Shown: positions 9,615 to 19,200 of the stretch, one piece after another | Numbering within the stretch: position 1 is the stretch's first letter | Layout of the letters: each line of letters begins with the position of its first letter | Assembly: GCA_016190665.1 (NCBI GenBank) | Contig: JACPQD010000022.1 | Location: 20,296 to 84,295, forward strand | DNA from: Chloroflexota bacterium | Lineage (GTDB): Bacteria > Chloroflexota > Dehalococcoidia > JACPQD01 | Length of the DNA: 64,000 bases | Direction: 5' to 3' | Program-made: the position numbers and the translations under genes | The notes under the pieces: generated by a model | The model's database searches: none | What the model saw: only the letters and a program-made list of their open reading frames with translations | Told to the model about the DNA's origin: nothing

Positions 9615-9733
9615 ATTTCAGCTCCTACGATGTGACTCCACGATTCTTTACCGAACGCCAAACCGGCCCTCGACGCTTCAAATATCGTGCTTTGGTCTGG
9701 CGAGTTATACGACTTTTGTCGGATATCCTTCGA

Positions 9734-9895
9734 GAAATGATGAATGCGGAATCGGTCATGCCCCGATGTAGTCGGGGCGCCACCAAGGATGAAAACCGTG
9801 GTTCTATACCCCGCACTCGAGTACGGGGTATACCGCGTACTTTAGTGCGCGGTGTGTGTACGAATTCCTATTTTCGTAGCGATGATGAGTGATGA
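9734..9895 (+). repeat. Copy B of the four-hairpin intergenic element
   Basis: Hairpins: GCCCCGA-tgtag-TCGGGGC, ACCCCG-N10-CGGGGT, ACCGCGTAC-ttta-GTGCGCGGT, TACGAA-ttcctatt-TTCGTA. Same order as copy A. Confidence 0.6.
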
Positions 9896-10165
9896 ATGCC
9901 CCACCCCCTTTTGGCCGTAATGCAGGGCTTGTCGCCGCCAGGGCTTAGAGCCGACGACTGAAAGCTGAAAGCCCCCGGACCGGATGGCAAACGGATAAAG
10001 GGATGGGCGTACGGGCGCCCAACGCGTAGGGGCGGCCGTCCCTGTCCGCCTGGGGTTGGGGCGGATTCCCACTCCTCGCCCCGCGCTTCCCGCTTCTTGC
10101 CCTCACTCCTCTCTTCTCGCTTCTCTCTTCCTGATTCCCGCTTCCTGCTTCGCGCTATGCGCTTC

Positions 10166-11296
10166 TCACCCGTTCAACTCCTCAATGATCTCCGCGAGCT
10201 TCTCGATGCTGACCTCGCATTCTTCGGAGATGCGCCGCAGCTCGCTTTCGGGGACATCCACGCGGGGCCGGGCCACCGGGCCCCAGGGCTCCTGGCGCAC
10301 CTGGAGGCTGATGACGTCCCAGCGGGAATAGTGGCCCAGGCAATCGAAGAGCGCTTTGGCGGTCTTGATCTGGTTGGCGTAGCAGTCGGCGTAGAGGATG
10401 GTCTCCTCACCGACCACCGGGCCCGCCATGAAACGGCCGTGGGGATTGACGATGGCGCTGCCGCCGACGGCGAAGCTGTAGTTCGTGTGGTCGCTGGCCT
10501 TAACGTGCTTCCACCGGGGTGGGAAGTCCTTGTCTCTGAGGATGCCGCTGGCGCTGAGGACGAAGCACTGGGCCTCCAGGGCATAGGACCGGATGACGGG
10601 GTAGATCCAGCAGTCGCCTCCCGCGAGGTCGGGCTGGGGGTCCATGAGGTGGTCGCGGCCGCGACCGCTCCAGGCGCCGGGCCAGACGGCGATGTGGAAC
10701 TCCTCGCCCTTGCTCATCATAGCCGCTTTGACCAAGGTCATCAAGTTCTCGGCGCAGATGAGCCCGCCGATGCGGCCGATCTCCGTATCGAAGACCATGA
10801 GGTCGGAGGCATCGCCCATGCCCCAGTAGGTGCGCTCGGTGAAGGTGGGCATCAGCTTGCGGTGGCGTCCCATGACCTTGCCGTCCCGCCCGATAAAGAC
10901 CAGGCTGTTGTAGACCGTCCGGCTGCCGGGGCGACCGTCCAGCTCGTTGCAGCCCATGACCACATAGGCGCCGGCCGCCTTCGCCGCCTCCCCCAGAACG
11001 GCCGTGTCCTCGCCGCCGACGACGATGGCGTTGTCCTGCAAGGCTATCACATAGTCCGACCACTCGGATGGCCTGCTCTCCCAGCCGATGGTGTGGATCG
11101 CCGGGTACCCGGCGACGAAGGCCTCCGGGAAGACCACCAGCTCCGCGCCGTTGCCACCCGCCTCTTTGATGAGCTTGCACGCCTTATCGATGGTGGCGCG
11201 CTTGTCCATGAAAACGGGGCTGGCCTGCGCAACGGCGACTTTGGCTTTGGAGCGGCCGGAGAGAATTCGTTTTTGAATCAATGGAGGCGCCTCCAA
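10166..11296 (-). CDS. Nitrilase / cyanide-hydratase family enzyme
   Basis: 376 aa. Intact Glu-Lys-Cys triad contexts VVFPEAF, HRKLMPT, LICAEN. Confidence 0.85.
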   Translation of the reverse strand: MEAPPLIQKRILSGRSKAKVAVAQASPVFMDKRATIDKACKLIKEAGGNGAELVVFPEAFVAGYPAIHTIGWESRPSEWSDYVIALQDNAIVVGGEDTAVLGEAAKAAGAYVVMGCNELDGRPGSRTVYNSLVFIGRDGKVMGRHRKLMPTFTERTYWGMGDASDLMVFDTEIGRIGGLICAENLMTLVKAAMMSKGEEFHIAVWPGAWSGRGRDHLMDPQPDLAGGDCWIYPVIRSYALEAQCFVLSASGILRDKDFPPRWKHVKASDHTNYSFAVGGSAIVNPHGRFMAGPVVGEETILYADCYANQIKTAKALFDCLGHYSRWDVISLQVRQEPWGPVARPRVDVPESELRRISEECEVSIEKLAEIIEELNG

Positions 11297-11345
11297 GATT
11301 CGACAGCGGTGCGCGAACGGCGAATCATGAGGTGAGCAACGGGGG

Positions 11346-11966
11346 CTATGCCATCAGCCCGCGGATTTCCCGTGTGAGGTCGTCTACAAACCTGCGGAAG
11401 GAGGCGTCGGCCTTCCCAGCTTGGTACAGATTGACTTGCTTGGCAACCTCCTCACCGTACTCTGCACCGCCTAGAACGGGCCGGATGCCGACCGCAAGCA
11501 ATGCGTCGCGGAGGATCATCTTGTAGTAACCACGGGGGTGGTGTCCGCGTGGAAGTCTAGACGTGACTGGGGCGCCCGTGGCCAACTGAAAGGCCTTTGT
11601 GTCTATGACGTACCATCTCTCGATGTAAGGGTTGGGGACCGCCAAAACCGCTGGACCTTGGTAGCCAGCAGATTTCAATATGACGGCGATGTCTTTGCTC
11701 ACGCGGGTGTATTGCGCTCCATTGCCGTCTTTGGCCACCAAGAGAATCTGGTTAGAGCAGGAGCCTGCAGCTCCGACGTCAGCCAAAAACCTCCTCAGCT
11801 CTCTGAGAGTTCTGCTTCCTCCGGCCGCGTTTCGGACATCCTCTATGAGGCTATCCTCACTCAGGCCCAATTGCGTAGCAATGCGGGCCACGAGGCCTCG
11901 GATGAACTTCTCGTGAGCGATGTCTTCAAGGAAGTAAATGATGTGAACCTTACCCGCCAAAGTCAC
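11346..11966 (-). CDS. Toprim-like (DUF4276-like) small protein, partner of the upstream ATPase
   Basis: 206 aa. Overlaps the ATPase gene by 17 nt. Acidic pattern IIYFLED ... LLVAKDGNG ... NPYIERW resembles the E / DxD / E Toprim layout. Family assignment is from memory only. Confidence 0.45.
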   Translation of the reverse strand: MTLAGKVHIIYFLEDIAHEKFIRGLVARIATQLGLSEDSLIEDVRNAAGGSRTLRELRRFLADVGAAGSCSNQILLVAKDGNGAQYTRVSKDIAVILKSAGYQGPAVLAVPNPYIERWYVIDTKAFQLATGAPVTSRLPRGHHPRGYYKMILRDALLAVGIRPVLGGAEYGEEVAKQVNLYQAGKADASFRRFVDDLTREIRGLMA

Positions 11967-13257
11967 CCCTCAAGATCCGATCCGCTAGGGTGGAAGGCTC
12001 CGGTTCCCGATCAAGGGCATCCTCAACATCCCGCTTTCTGAATAAGGGTCCGAAGGTATCTAGCCGCTGGAAGCGGGTGGCGTGATTTCCCTTCGTGCAG
12101 ACCAGTACATACGCGTCCTCAAAGAAGTACTCAGGAAGAATCGGAGAATGAGTATTGACGATTATCTGGGTCTCACCTCGAGAGGCGGCATCTTTCAGAA
12201 GCTCAGCTATGAGTCTCATGCGTCGAGGATGTACCCCGTTTTCCGGTTCCTCGCACCCAATGACGGAAGCAGGGGAAAGCGAATTCGTGATCGCGACCAA
12301 TGCTAGAACCCTCAAAGTGCCTTCGGAAATCACGCGGGAGGAAAAGGGAACGCCATGCTCCCAAACCTGCAATTGCAGAAACCCTTCCTTCGTTCGCTCG
12401 ACATCGACTTTATCGATCGCCGGGATGAGTTGTCTGATTGCGAGGTTTAGTGCGTCAAATTGCCGTTCGTTCTTTGCTTTGAGTGAGTTATAGAACCCCG
12501 CAAGATCGGAGCCGAAGGGACTTATGTTTTCCACTTCCTTCAGAGGCGTCTCACGGCGCATTTCGTTAGGCTCCAAGTAGTAGAACCGCCATCGCGACAG
12601 TTCCTCTTTGAGAGCAGTGATGTGTGGATAATGAGGTGCATACAGGGGCGTCGAAAGCAGCGTGTGATCCAGCCCCAGTTGATGATAAGAGGGATGTGCC
12701 TGGCCCTCCATCCTAAGGTGAAGACGCCCATCTTCTCCTTTCTCAATGAAAGGCCTGCGCCGCGTTGGCTTCCTGCCGCCACCTGTAAGCGCTTCCAGTT
12801 TCTCATCAGCGACCCTAAGATGCCCCGTCGAAGTGGTCATTTCCACAGCAAGGGAATAGCAGAGCCGATTTGCCAAGACTCTGCGCCGGGCAACCCTAGC
12901 GCCTTGGTCTTCAGGTGGGAGACCTGCTCGCATCTCCTTGATGGTCTGCTCCGTATATTCGCGCACCTCCCGGCTAATCTCAACCTCTACTTCGATGCTG
13001 AAGCCCGCAGTGGCCTCCCCCAATAATCCTTCCCTGCCCTTTTCGCCATAGTAGAAAGCTTCGAGCGGCGCTCCTCTATGCTCCTGAAAAGCTTCCTTCA
13101 AGGTCTTCCGCGTGGCCATCCGGCTCACAAGAGCCAAAGCATCAAGCAGGTTGCTTTTCCCAGCAGCATTTGGGCCAAGAATGACTGTCAAGGGTCTCAG
13201 CTCAATGTCGACGTCTTTGAGCGACTTATAGCCCTGCACCTTAATTCTGCGAATCAT
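11950..13257 (-). CDS. ABC/SMC-fold AAA ATPase (AAA_15/AAA_21-like, OLD/AriA-like)
   Basis: Start moved to MIRRIKVQGYKSL (GGAGG RBS). Walker A GPNAAGKS, signature-like SEGTLRVLAL, Walker B IGCEEPENGVHP, H-loop NTHSP. Visibly lower GC than neighbouring genes. Confidence 0.8.
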   Translation of the reverse strand: MIRRIKVQGYKSLKDVDIELRPLTVILGPNAAGKSNLLDALALVSRMATRKTLKEAFQEHRGAPLEAFYYGEKGREGLLGEATAGFSIEVEVEISREVREYTEQTIKEMRAGLPPEDQGARVARRRVLANRLCYSLAVEMTTSTGHLRVADEKLEALTGGGRKPTRRRPFIEKGEDGRLHLRMEGQAHPSYHQLGLDHTLLSTPLYAPHYPHITALKEELSRWRFYYLEPNEMRRETPLKEVENISPFGSDLAGFYNSLKAKNERQFDALNLAIRQLIPAIDKVDVERTKEGFLQLQVWEHGVPFSSRVISEGTLRVLALVAITNSLSPASVIGCEEPENGVHPRRMRLIAELLKDAASRGETQIIVNTHSPILPEYFFEDAYVLVCTKGNHATRFQRLDTFGPLFRKRDVEDALDREPEPSTLADRILRGDFGG

Positions 13258-13397
13258 GGTATAGCCTCCGAGATTGGCCCCGCCCCGTCTGAACTGCGTT
13301 CGCTGCAGCGTCGAATCGAATCCAACATCGCGGCCCAATATTATCATGATTCATTGCAGAAAGTCCATCCGCGCGAAACGAGATCTGCTGGTTCTCC

Positions 13398-13737
13398 CTA
13401 CCCGCACAGCCTCCCCTGCCCCCGCTCCCTGCGCCCCAGCGGTCCCTCCGGGTGCCCCCAAAGGGCTTCGGCATGGGGGTCGTGCTCGGCGTGGCGGCGC
13501 TGGGCAAGGGCGTGGTCTACCGTGGCATAGCAGTAGCGACAGCCGTGGAGGCAGGTGTCGTTCACGCCGATGTCCTTGCTGACGGCGCAGCCGCAGTGCG
13601 GCCGCTGGCCGGGGTCCTTGGCCACGCTCATCGGTATCGACCACAGCCTCTGGATCACCGCCGGGTCGATGCACCGGGTCGTAGACCGATTTGCCGAGAG
13701 GCCAGACAACCTCGTAGAGGGGTTCTGCCATAAACAT
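13398..13737 (-). pseudogene. Chimeric scar: first ~20 codons of a UGSC-type gene joined out of frame to the 3' end of a DUF1848-like (Cys-rich) gene
   Basis: MAEPLYEVVWPLGKSVYDP matches the N-terminus MSEPRYEVVWPLGKSAYDP of the gene at 36470. From there another frame reads CIDPAVIQRL...KDPGQRPHCGCAVSKDIGVNDTCLHGCRYCYA, a DUF1848-like C-terminus. Confidence 0.55.
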
Positions 13738-14125
13738 TTTCCTTTGTAGGGGCCTTTTGGAGCGCGAACGCTGGTGGTTCTGCTAGCGTTTGTGTGTTAA
13801 GCGCGGCTGGGGAAGCGACTCGCTGTCGTCCGCCGTCCCGCTACATGCGCGGCGAGCAGCTTGCGCTTTCATCTGCCGCAATAAGCCTCGGCTCCGGTCG
13901 ATTACTGCGTCCCATCACGACAGCATTTCCATGATCTCAGCCACATCGCCCACCGTCTCGAGGTTGTCAGCCATCTCGATAACTTTCCAAACCCGGTTCC
14001 CGGATTCTGAACCAACCGGAAATAAATGAATTTTCGCTGCATTGTTTTTTGGTGTCAAGACAGGGAAAGATATACCATATATAGCATATTGCTTTTGAAA
14101 GATGGCCTATATTCTATGGGCGGAT

Positions 14126-15250
14126 TCACCTTTTCAGGATCGTTATAGCGCAGTTGGGCCCAGCTCCCAGCGTATGGGCGAGACCGACCCTGGCCCCGGC
14201 AATCTGTCGCGCGCTCGCCTCCCCTCGGAGCTGCAAAACGATCTCGGTAATCTGCGCTAACCCTGTTGCGCCCAGCGCGTGACCCCGGGCCAGCAAGCCG
14301 CCGCTGGGGTTGACCGGGATCCTACCGCCAATCTCCAACGCGCCCTCATCCACCAGTCTGCCCCCTTCGCCCGGGGCGCAGAGCCCCAGATGTTCGCAGT
14401 TCGTGACCTCCGCAATGGCCATGGCATCATGAGTCTCGATCAAATCCAGGTCCTCGGGGCCAATGGCGGCTTCATCATACGCCTCGCGTGCGGCAGCCGC
14501 CGTTAGCCTCCCGTTGTCGCCGTGCAAGGGCTCCGGACCGAGATAAATGGCCGATTTCAGAACAGACGCGGCGATGCGGACCGGCCGGGCGCCTTCCGGC
14601 ATCTTGTCGCGGCAACAAAGGACCGCCGCGGCCGCGCCTTCGCTAGTGGGGCAACACATGAAAAGGGTCAACGGGTCAGCTATCATGCGGGAGGCCAGCA
14701 CTTCCTCTACCGTGCATTCCTGTTGATAATGGGCATAGGGGTTCTTACAGCCGTTTCGATGGTTCTTGACCGAGACCTTGGCGAGCTGTATGGCGGTCGT
14801 CCCGTGGAGGTCCATGTGGCGCCGGGCGACCATGGCGTAATCGGCGGGGCGAACCGACATGCCCATGATCCTTTGCCATTCGGGGTCGGCGGTGCTCGCT
14901 ATCATCCCCTTGGGGATCTTCTCGAGGCCGTAGGCGATAGCGATATCGTACATGCCGCCAGCGATAGATTGACATGCCAATCGAAAAGCGGACCCGCCGC
15001 TGGAACAGGCATTCTCCACATTAACGATGGGTATGCCTGTCAGCGCGATTTCCCTGGCTATCCTGTGCCCCGCGCCCACATCTCCGTAAGCCGTGCCGCA
15101 AAAGGCCGCCTCCGCTTGCCTCCAGGAGAGCCCCGCGTCCTTCAGCGCGTTGAGCACCGCCACGCGGCCCAGGTCCGTGAAATCCAGGTCCGGGAAGCGG
15201 CCAAACTGGTGCATCCCAACGCCAACCACGTAAACTTCTCTGCCCCTCAT
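14126..15250 (-). CDS. Thiolase-fold protein (SCP-x / Ltp-type)
   Basis: 374 aa. VENACSSGGSAF active-site Cys context. Directly downstream of a DUF35 OB-fold gene, the usual partner. Confidence 0.85.
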   Translation of the reverse strand: MRGREVYVVGVGMHQFGRFPDLDFTDLGRVAVLNALKDAGLSWRQAEAAFCGTAYGDVGAGHRIAREIALTGIPIVNVENACSSGGSAFRLACQSIAGGMYDIAIAYGLEKIPKGMIASTADPEWQRIMGMSVRPADYAMVARRHMDLHGTTAIQLAKVSVKNHRNGCKNPYAHYQQECTVEEVLASRMIADPLTLFMCCPTSEGAAAAVLCCRDKMPEGARPVRIAASVLKSAIYLGPEPLHGDNGRLTAAAAREAYDEAAIGPEDLDLIETHDAMAIAEVTNCEHLGLCAPGEGGRLVDEGALEIGGRIPVNPSGGLLARGHALGATGLAQITEIVLQLRGEASARQIAGARVGLAHTLGAGPNCAITILKR

Positions 15251-15327
15251 TTGTCCCCCCAGAAGAAGCTGTCAGCTTTCAGCAACAACCAATGACCAAT
15301 CACTAATCAGCAATCGGCAATCAAAAA

Positions 15328-15738
15328 TCAAAAATCAACGACCGGCCTGAACTTGAAGGCCACGACCTCATTGCCTTCTTCGTCATCGAACAGCTTCTCC
15401 ATGACCAGTTCCATCTGCATCCCAATCTTCAGGCTCTCGAACTCTGTCACTTGAAGCGGAGACAGGACCAGCGGGCCTTCCGGAAGCTCCACATAGCCAA
15501 GAGCATAGGGCACAGGTCCCCGGTATTGCGGTGGTTTCTGACGCACGACGGTGAAGCTGTACAGCGCGCCCCCGGGAGACAACGCAGCCTCTTCAATCTT
15601 CTCGCCTCCGCATTTCAGGCAGATAAGGCGCCGGGGGAAGAAGACCTCGCCGCATGAGGAGCACTTGCTCCCAATCAGATGCGGCTTCTCCACATCCATC
15701 GAAAACAACCCTTCGGCAACCGGAATCGAACTGGTCAT
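15328..15738 (-). CDS. Zn-ribbon / OB-fold DUF35 protein
   Basis: 136 aa. CSSCGEVFFPRRLICLKCGG rubredoxin-like ribbon followed by an OB fold. Confidence 0.85.
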   Translation of the reverse strand: MTSSIPVAEGLFSMDVEKPHLIGSKCSSCGEVFFPRRLICLKCGGEKIEEAALSPGGALYSFTVVRQKPPQYRGPVPYALGYVELPEGPLVLSPLQVTEFESLKIGMQMELVMEKLFDDEEGNEVVAFKFRPVVDF

Positions 15739-15757
15739 CTCCCATTCCTTGCTGGTG

Positions 15758-17002
15758 CTATCCGAGGACGCCGTCTTGCTTGAGCCGCGCCATCTCCTCC
15801 TGGCTATATGCTAGAAGGTCGATGAGCACTTGCTGAGTGTGCTGGCCAAGCAAGGGTGGGGCTGCCCCCACCGCGTAGGCGTCCGGGTCCACGCCCCGGA
15901 ATCTGACCGGCGTGTTCACGAGGTTGAACTTCCCTAAGCGTGGGTGGTCGACTTCCATGAGCATGCGCCTGCCCTTGACGTGCTCGGACTCGTAGACCTG
16001 CTTTATGTTGCTGACGGCACCGCAGGGATAACCCTGTTCCAGGAAGGTATTGACCGTTTCCTCGCTGGTCCGCTGGCTCAGCCACTCGTTGAACCCGGGC
16101 TCCCACACGTCGCTGTTCACGTAGCGCAGGGTGGCAGTGGCCAAACGCGGATCAGCGATCCACTCCTGCTTTCCAATAATGCCGCAGACCCGGTGCCACG
16201 CCTCGTTGGTTGAGCACAACAAGCCGATGTAGCCATCCTTCGTCCTAAACACCCCCCAGGGAACGTTCGAGTCTTCCTGGCCTCGGGTCATAACACGGCC
16301 CGTCAAGGAGTAGGTGGTCAAGGCCCGCTCCACCACCGACACAATACAGTCGAACATACTCATGTCAATAAGATCGCCCTCACCGGTCCGGTCCCGCACC
16401 CGAAGACCCATCGTCACGGCGAAGGCCCCCCAGATCCCCGGCAGCAAATCGGCGAAAGGAACAGTGGAGAAGAGAGGTGGTCCCCCCTTCTCGCCGGTGA
16501 GGTCCAGTAGACCTGCCATAGCTTGTATGACGATGTCCAGGGCCGGCCTGCCCGCCCAGGGCGTGGGATAATCCGGCAAACGACCGAAGCCGCTGCAGGC
16601 CAGGTAGACCATCGACGGATTGATGGCTTTGACGAGGTCATATCCCAGACCCAGGAGATCGTCGACCGCGCCGGGCCTGAAATTCTCAATCATTACGTCC
16701 GAAGTCTTGATCAGGTCCACAAAGGTCTCTTTGCCGCGCTGCTGCTGAAGGTCCAGGACGACACTCTTCTTGTTCCGGTTAAAGCGGATGAACATCTCGT
16801 GGTCGATGCCCTCGCCGAGAAATCGCCCCGCGCGCCGTGTGTGGTCGCCCGTGCCCGGTCTCTCAATCTTGATGACTTCGGCCCCGTTGTCAGCAAGGAT
16901 CATCCCGCAGTAGGGCCCCGTGATGCCCACGGTCAATTCCAGGACTCGAATGCCGTCCAGGGGCTTCTTGTGCTGTTGTCCGCCCAGCGCCATCTTCTTC
17001 AC
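15758..17002 (-). CDS. Family III CoA-transferase (CaiB/BaiF)
   Basis: 414 aa. GIRVLELTVGITGPYCGMILADNGAEVIKIE N-terminal signature. Confidence 0.9.
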   Translation of the reverse strand: MKKMALGGQQHKKPLDGIRVLELTVGITGPYCGMILADNGAEVIKIERPGTGDHTRRAGRFLGEGIDHEMFIRFNRNKKSVVLDLQQQRGKETFVDLIKTSDVMIENFRPGAVDDLLGLGYDLVKAINPSMVYLACSGFGRLPDYPTPWAGRPALDIVIQAMAGLLDLTGEKGGPPLFSTVPFADLLPGIWGAFAVTMGLRVRDRTGEGDLIDMSMFDCIVSVVERALTTYSLTGRVMTRGQEDSNVPWGVFRTKDGYIGLLCSTNEAWHRVCGIIGKQEWIADPRLATATLRYVNSDVWEPGFNEWLSQRTSEETVNTFLEQGYPCGAVSNIKQVYESEHVKGRRMLMEVDHPRLGKFNLVNTPVRFRGVDPDAYAVGAAPPLLGQHTQQVLIDLLAYSQEEMARLKQDGVLG

Positions 17003-17021
17003 TCCTCCCGGGGTATGAACG

Positions 17022-17420
17022 CTAAGAGCTTGCCTCGCATAGCCGCTCGGCGCACTTCACGATTTCGTCCAGCGAAGCGCCGGGCGTGAAAATCTCCGCC
17101 ACTCCAGCCAGTTTGAGCTTCGCAACGTCTTCGTCAGGCACGATGCCACCTCCAAATATCTTGATGTTCGAGGCGCCCTGGGCCTTGAGAAGATCGAGTA
17201 TCCTTGGGAAAACGGTCATATGAGCGCCGGACAGGATGCTGACACCGATCAAGTCCACATCTTCCTGGATCGCGGAGGCTACAATCTGCTCCGGCGTCTG
17301 ACGGAGGCCTGTATAGATCACCTCCATGCCGGCGTCTCGAAGGGATCGAGCGACAACGAGCGCACCCATCTCGTGGCCGTCAAGGCCCGGCTTGGCGATG
17401 AGGACTCTTATCTGACCCAT
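17022..17420 (-). CDS. Cobalamin-binding small subunit of an acyl-CoA mutase
   Basis: Start moved to [19 protein letters not shown] (DxHxxG B12 motif), GAGGGAG RBS, 27 nt after the large-subunit stop. Confidence 0.9.
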   Translation of the reverse strand: MGQIRVLIAKPGLDGHEMGALVVARSLRDAGMEVIYTGLRQTPEQIVASAIQEDVDLIGVSILSGAHMTVFPRILDLLKAQGASNIKIFGGGIVPDEDVAKLKLAGVAEIFTPGASLDEIVKCAERLCEASS

Positions 17421-17446
17421 TTCTGCTCCCTCTGTTGTCGCCCGGC

Positions 17447-19126
17447 CTAGGACGAAACCGTCCCCGGCGAATACACTCCGAAAATATCGCGGAGCACATC
17501 GCATATTTCCTGGACCGTCGCGTAGGTCGAAACTGCGCGGATCGTCGCCGGGACCGAGTTGGCTCCGGCCTTCGCCGCGTCGGCAAGCTCACGCAGGGCG
17601 AGGCGGACCTCCCTGCTGCTCCTCTTGCTCTTCAACTGGCGCAGTCTTTCCACTTGCATCTCTTCACTGGATGGGTGGGCATGGAAGACCGGCACATTGG
17701 GACCTTCGTCAACCTTAAATCGGTTAACCCCGACCATCACCTTGTCGCCGCTCTCAATGGCCCTGATCCTCTTATAAGCCGCGTCGGCGAGCTCCCTTTT
17801 CATGTATCCGATGGCGGCCAGCGCGCCGCCCATGGCCTCGATCTTTGACAGATACTCCACCACTCTCGCCTCGAACTCGTTGGTGAGGCTCTCCACGAAG
17901 TACGAGCCGCCCAGGGGATCGACGGTATTGGTGACACCGCTCTCATAGGCCACGATTTGCTGACTGGCCAACGCGACACGGGCCGCCTGCTCCGTGGGCA
18001 GCCCCAGCGCTTCGTCGTACGAGGGCACGTGGATGGTCTGAGCGCCGCCAAGCACCGCGGCCAGCAGGCTGATGGTGGTTCGGGCCACGTTGTTCAGCGG
18101 CTGTGCGGCGGTCAGAAATCGACCGGTGGGGAAAGTCAGCATCCTGGCGGTGCAGGCGGCCGGGTTCTTCGCACCGAACCTGTCCCGCATCATCTTCGCC
18201 CACATCCTTCGCAGAGCCCGCAAGTTGGCTACGCCCTCGAAGAGGTCGCCTTCGACGTCGATCAAGAGCCACATGCGGGAGCCGAACACGTCAATGTCCA
18301 TCCCCCGCCGCAGGCATTCCTGGATATAAGCCATGGCATCGGCCAGAGCGAAGGCTGTTTGCTGCACGGCCGTGCCGCCGGCCCCGAGGAAGTGCGAACC
18401 GCAGACGCAGATGGGCACCCAATCGGGGAGGACCTTGCACGCGTACTCGATGACATCCACCGCGAGCCTGACGCTGGGCTCCGGCGGGAATATGTAGGCG
18501 CCGCGGACCGTGTACTCCTTAAGGATGTCATTCTGCAAGACCACGCTGAAGCTCGCGGGGTCGACTCCCTGTTTTTCGGCGGTAATCTTGAACATAGCCA
18601 GTGCTATGCCACTTATGGCATTGGCCGTCGTTCGCAACTGTCCCATCTGCGCCAGGGGCAGGCCCTCCAGAACGGTCTCCATGTCCTCAAGGGAACAGAA
18701 AGGCGTCCCGCACTTGCCGACCTCGCCTTTGGCGAGCGGATGGTCGGAGTCAAAGCCGAGCTGAGTGGGGAGGTCCATGGCCAGGGAAAAGCCCGTCTGG
18801 CCCTGGTCTATCAGTTGCCTGACTCTTCGGTTGGTATCCTTGGCCGATGACAACCCGGTATACATCCCCATGGTCCACAACCGCGAGCGGTACATGAGCG
18901 GGTCGGTGCCTCGCGCGAAGGGGAATTCTCCCGGGAAGCCTACTTCTTGCAGGTAATCAATGTCCTTGACGTCTAGCGGCGTATAGAGAGGCTTGACTGG
19001 AATGTTCGAGAGCGTCCTGAAATCGCTTCTCCCCTGTCTGGACTCAGAGATGCCGGTTACTCCTTGATGCCAGCGTTCTGCTGCCGCACTCAATTCCTTG
19101 TGGTCTATTCCCTCAGCCAAGTCCAT
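17447..19126 (-). CDS. Methylmalonyl-CoA-mutase-family large (catalytic) subunit
   Basis: 559 aa. TIM-barrel mutase signatures ([19 protein letters not shown]). Confidence 0.9.
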   Translation of the reverse strand: MDLAEGIDHKELSAAAERWHQGVTGISESRQGRSDFRTLSNIPVKPLYTPLDVKDIDYLQEVGFPGEFPFARGTDPLMYRSRLWTMGMYTGLSSAKDTNRRVRQLIDQGQTGFSLAMDLPTQLGFDSDHPLAKGEVGKCGTPFCSLEDMETVLEGLPLAQMGQLRTTANAISGIALAMFKITAEKQGVDPASFSVVLQNDILKEYTVRGAYIFPPEPSVRLAVDVIEYACKVLPDWVPICVCGSHFLGAGGTAVQQTAFALADAMAYIQECLRRGMDIDVFGSRMWLLIDVEGDLFEGVANLRALRRMWAKMMRDRFGAKNPAACTARMLTFPTGRFLTAAQPLNNVARTTISLLAAVLGGAQTIHVPSYDEALGLPTEQAARVALASQQIVAYESGVTNTVDPLGGSYFVESLTNEFEARVVEYLSKIEAMGGALAAIGYMKRELADAAYKRIRAIESGDKVMVGVNRFKVDEGPNVPVFHAHPSSEEMQVERLRQLKSKRSSREVRLALRELADAAKAGANSVPATIRAVSTYATVQEICDVLRDIFGVYSPGTVSS

Positions 19127-19200
19127 ACCTCCCAGTTAACCCCAGTCAAGCACACCCATTCCGGAATCCACGGATTCAAGAATCTGGCTTCCGGTCCGAT

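Noticed and set aside
13738-14125. AT-richer 390-nt gap with a TTGACA on the minus strand as a promoter for the scarred locus
   Set aside because: The best -10 at 17-nt spacing is GAAAAT, which is too weak to call. No other feature could be supported.
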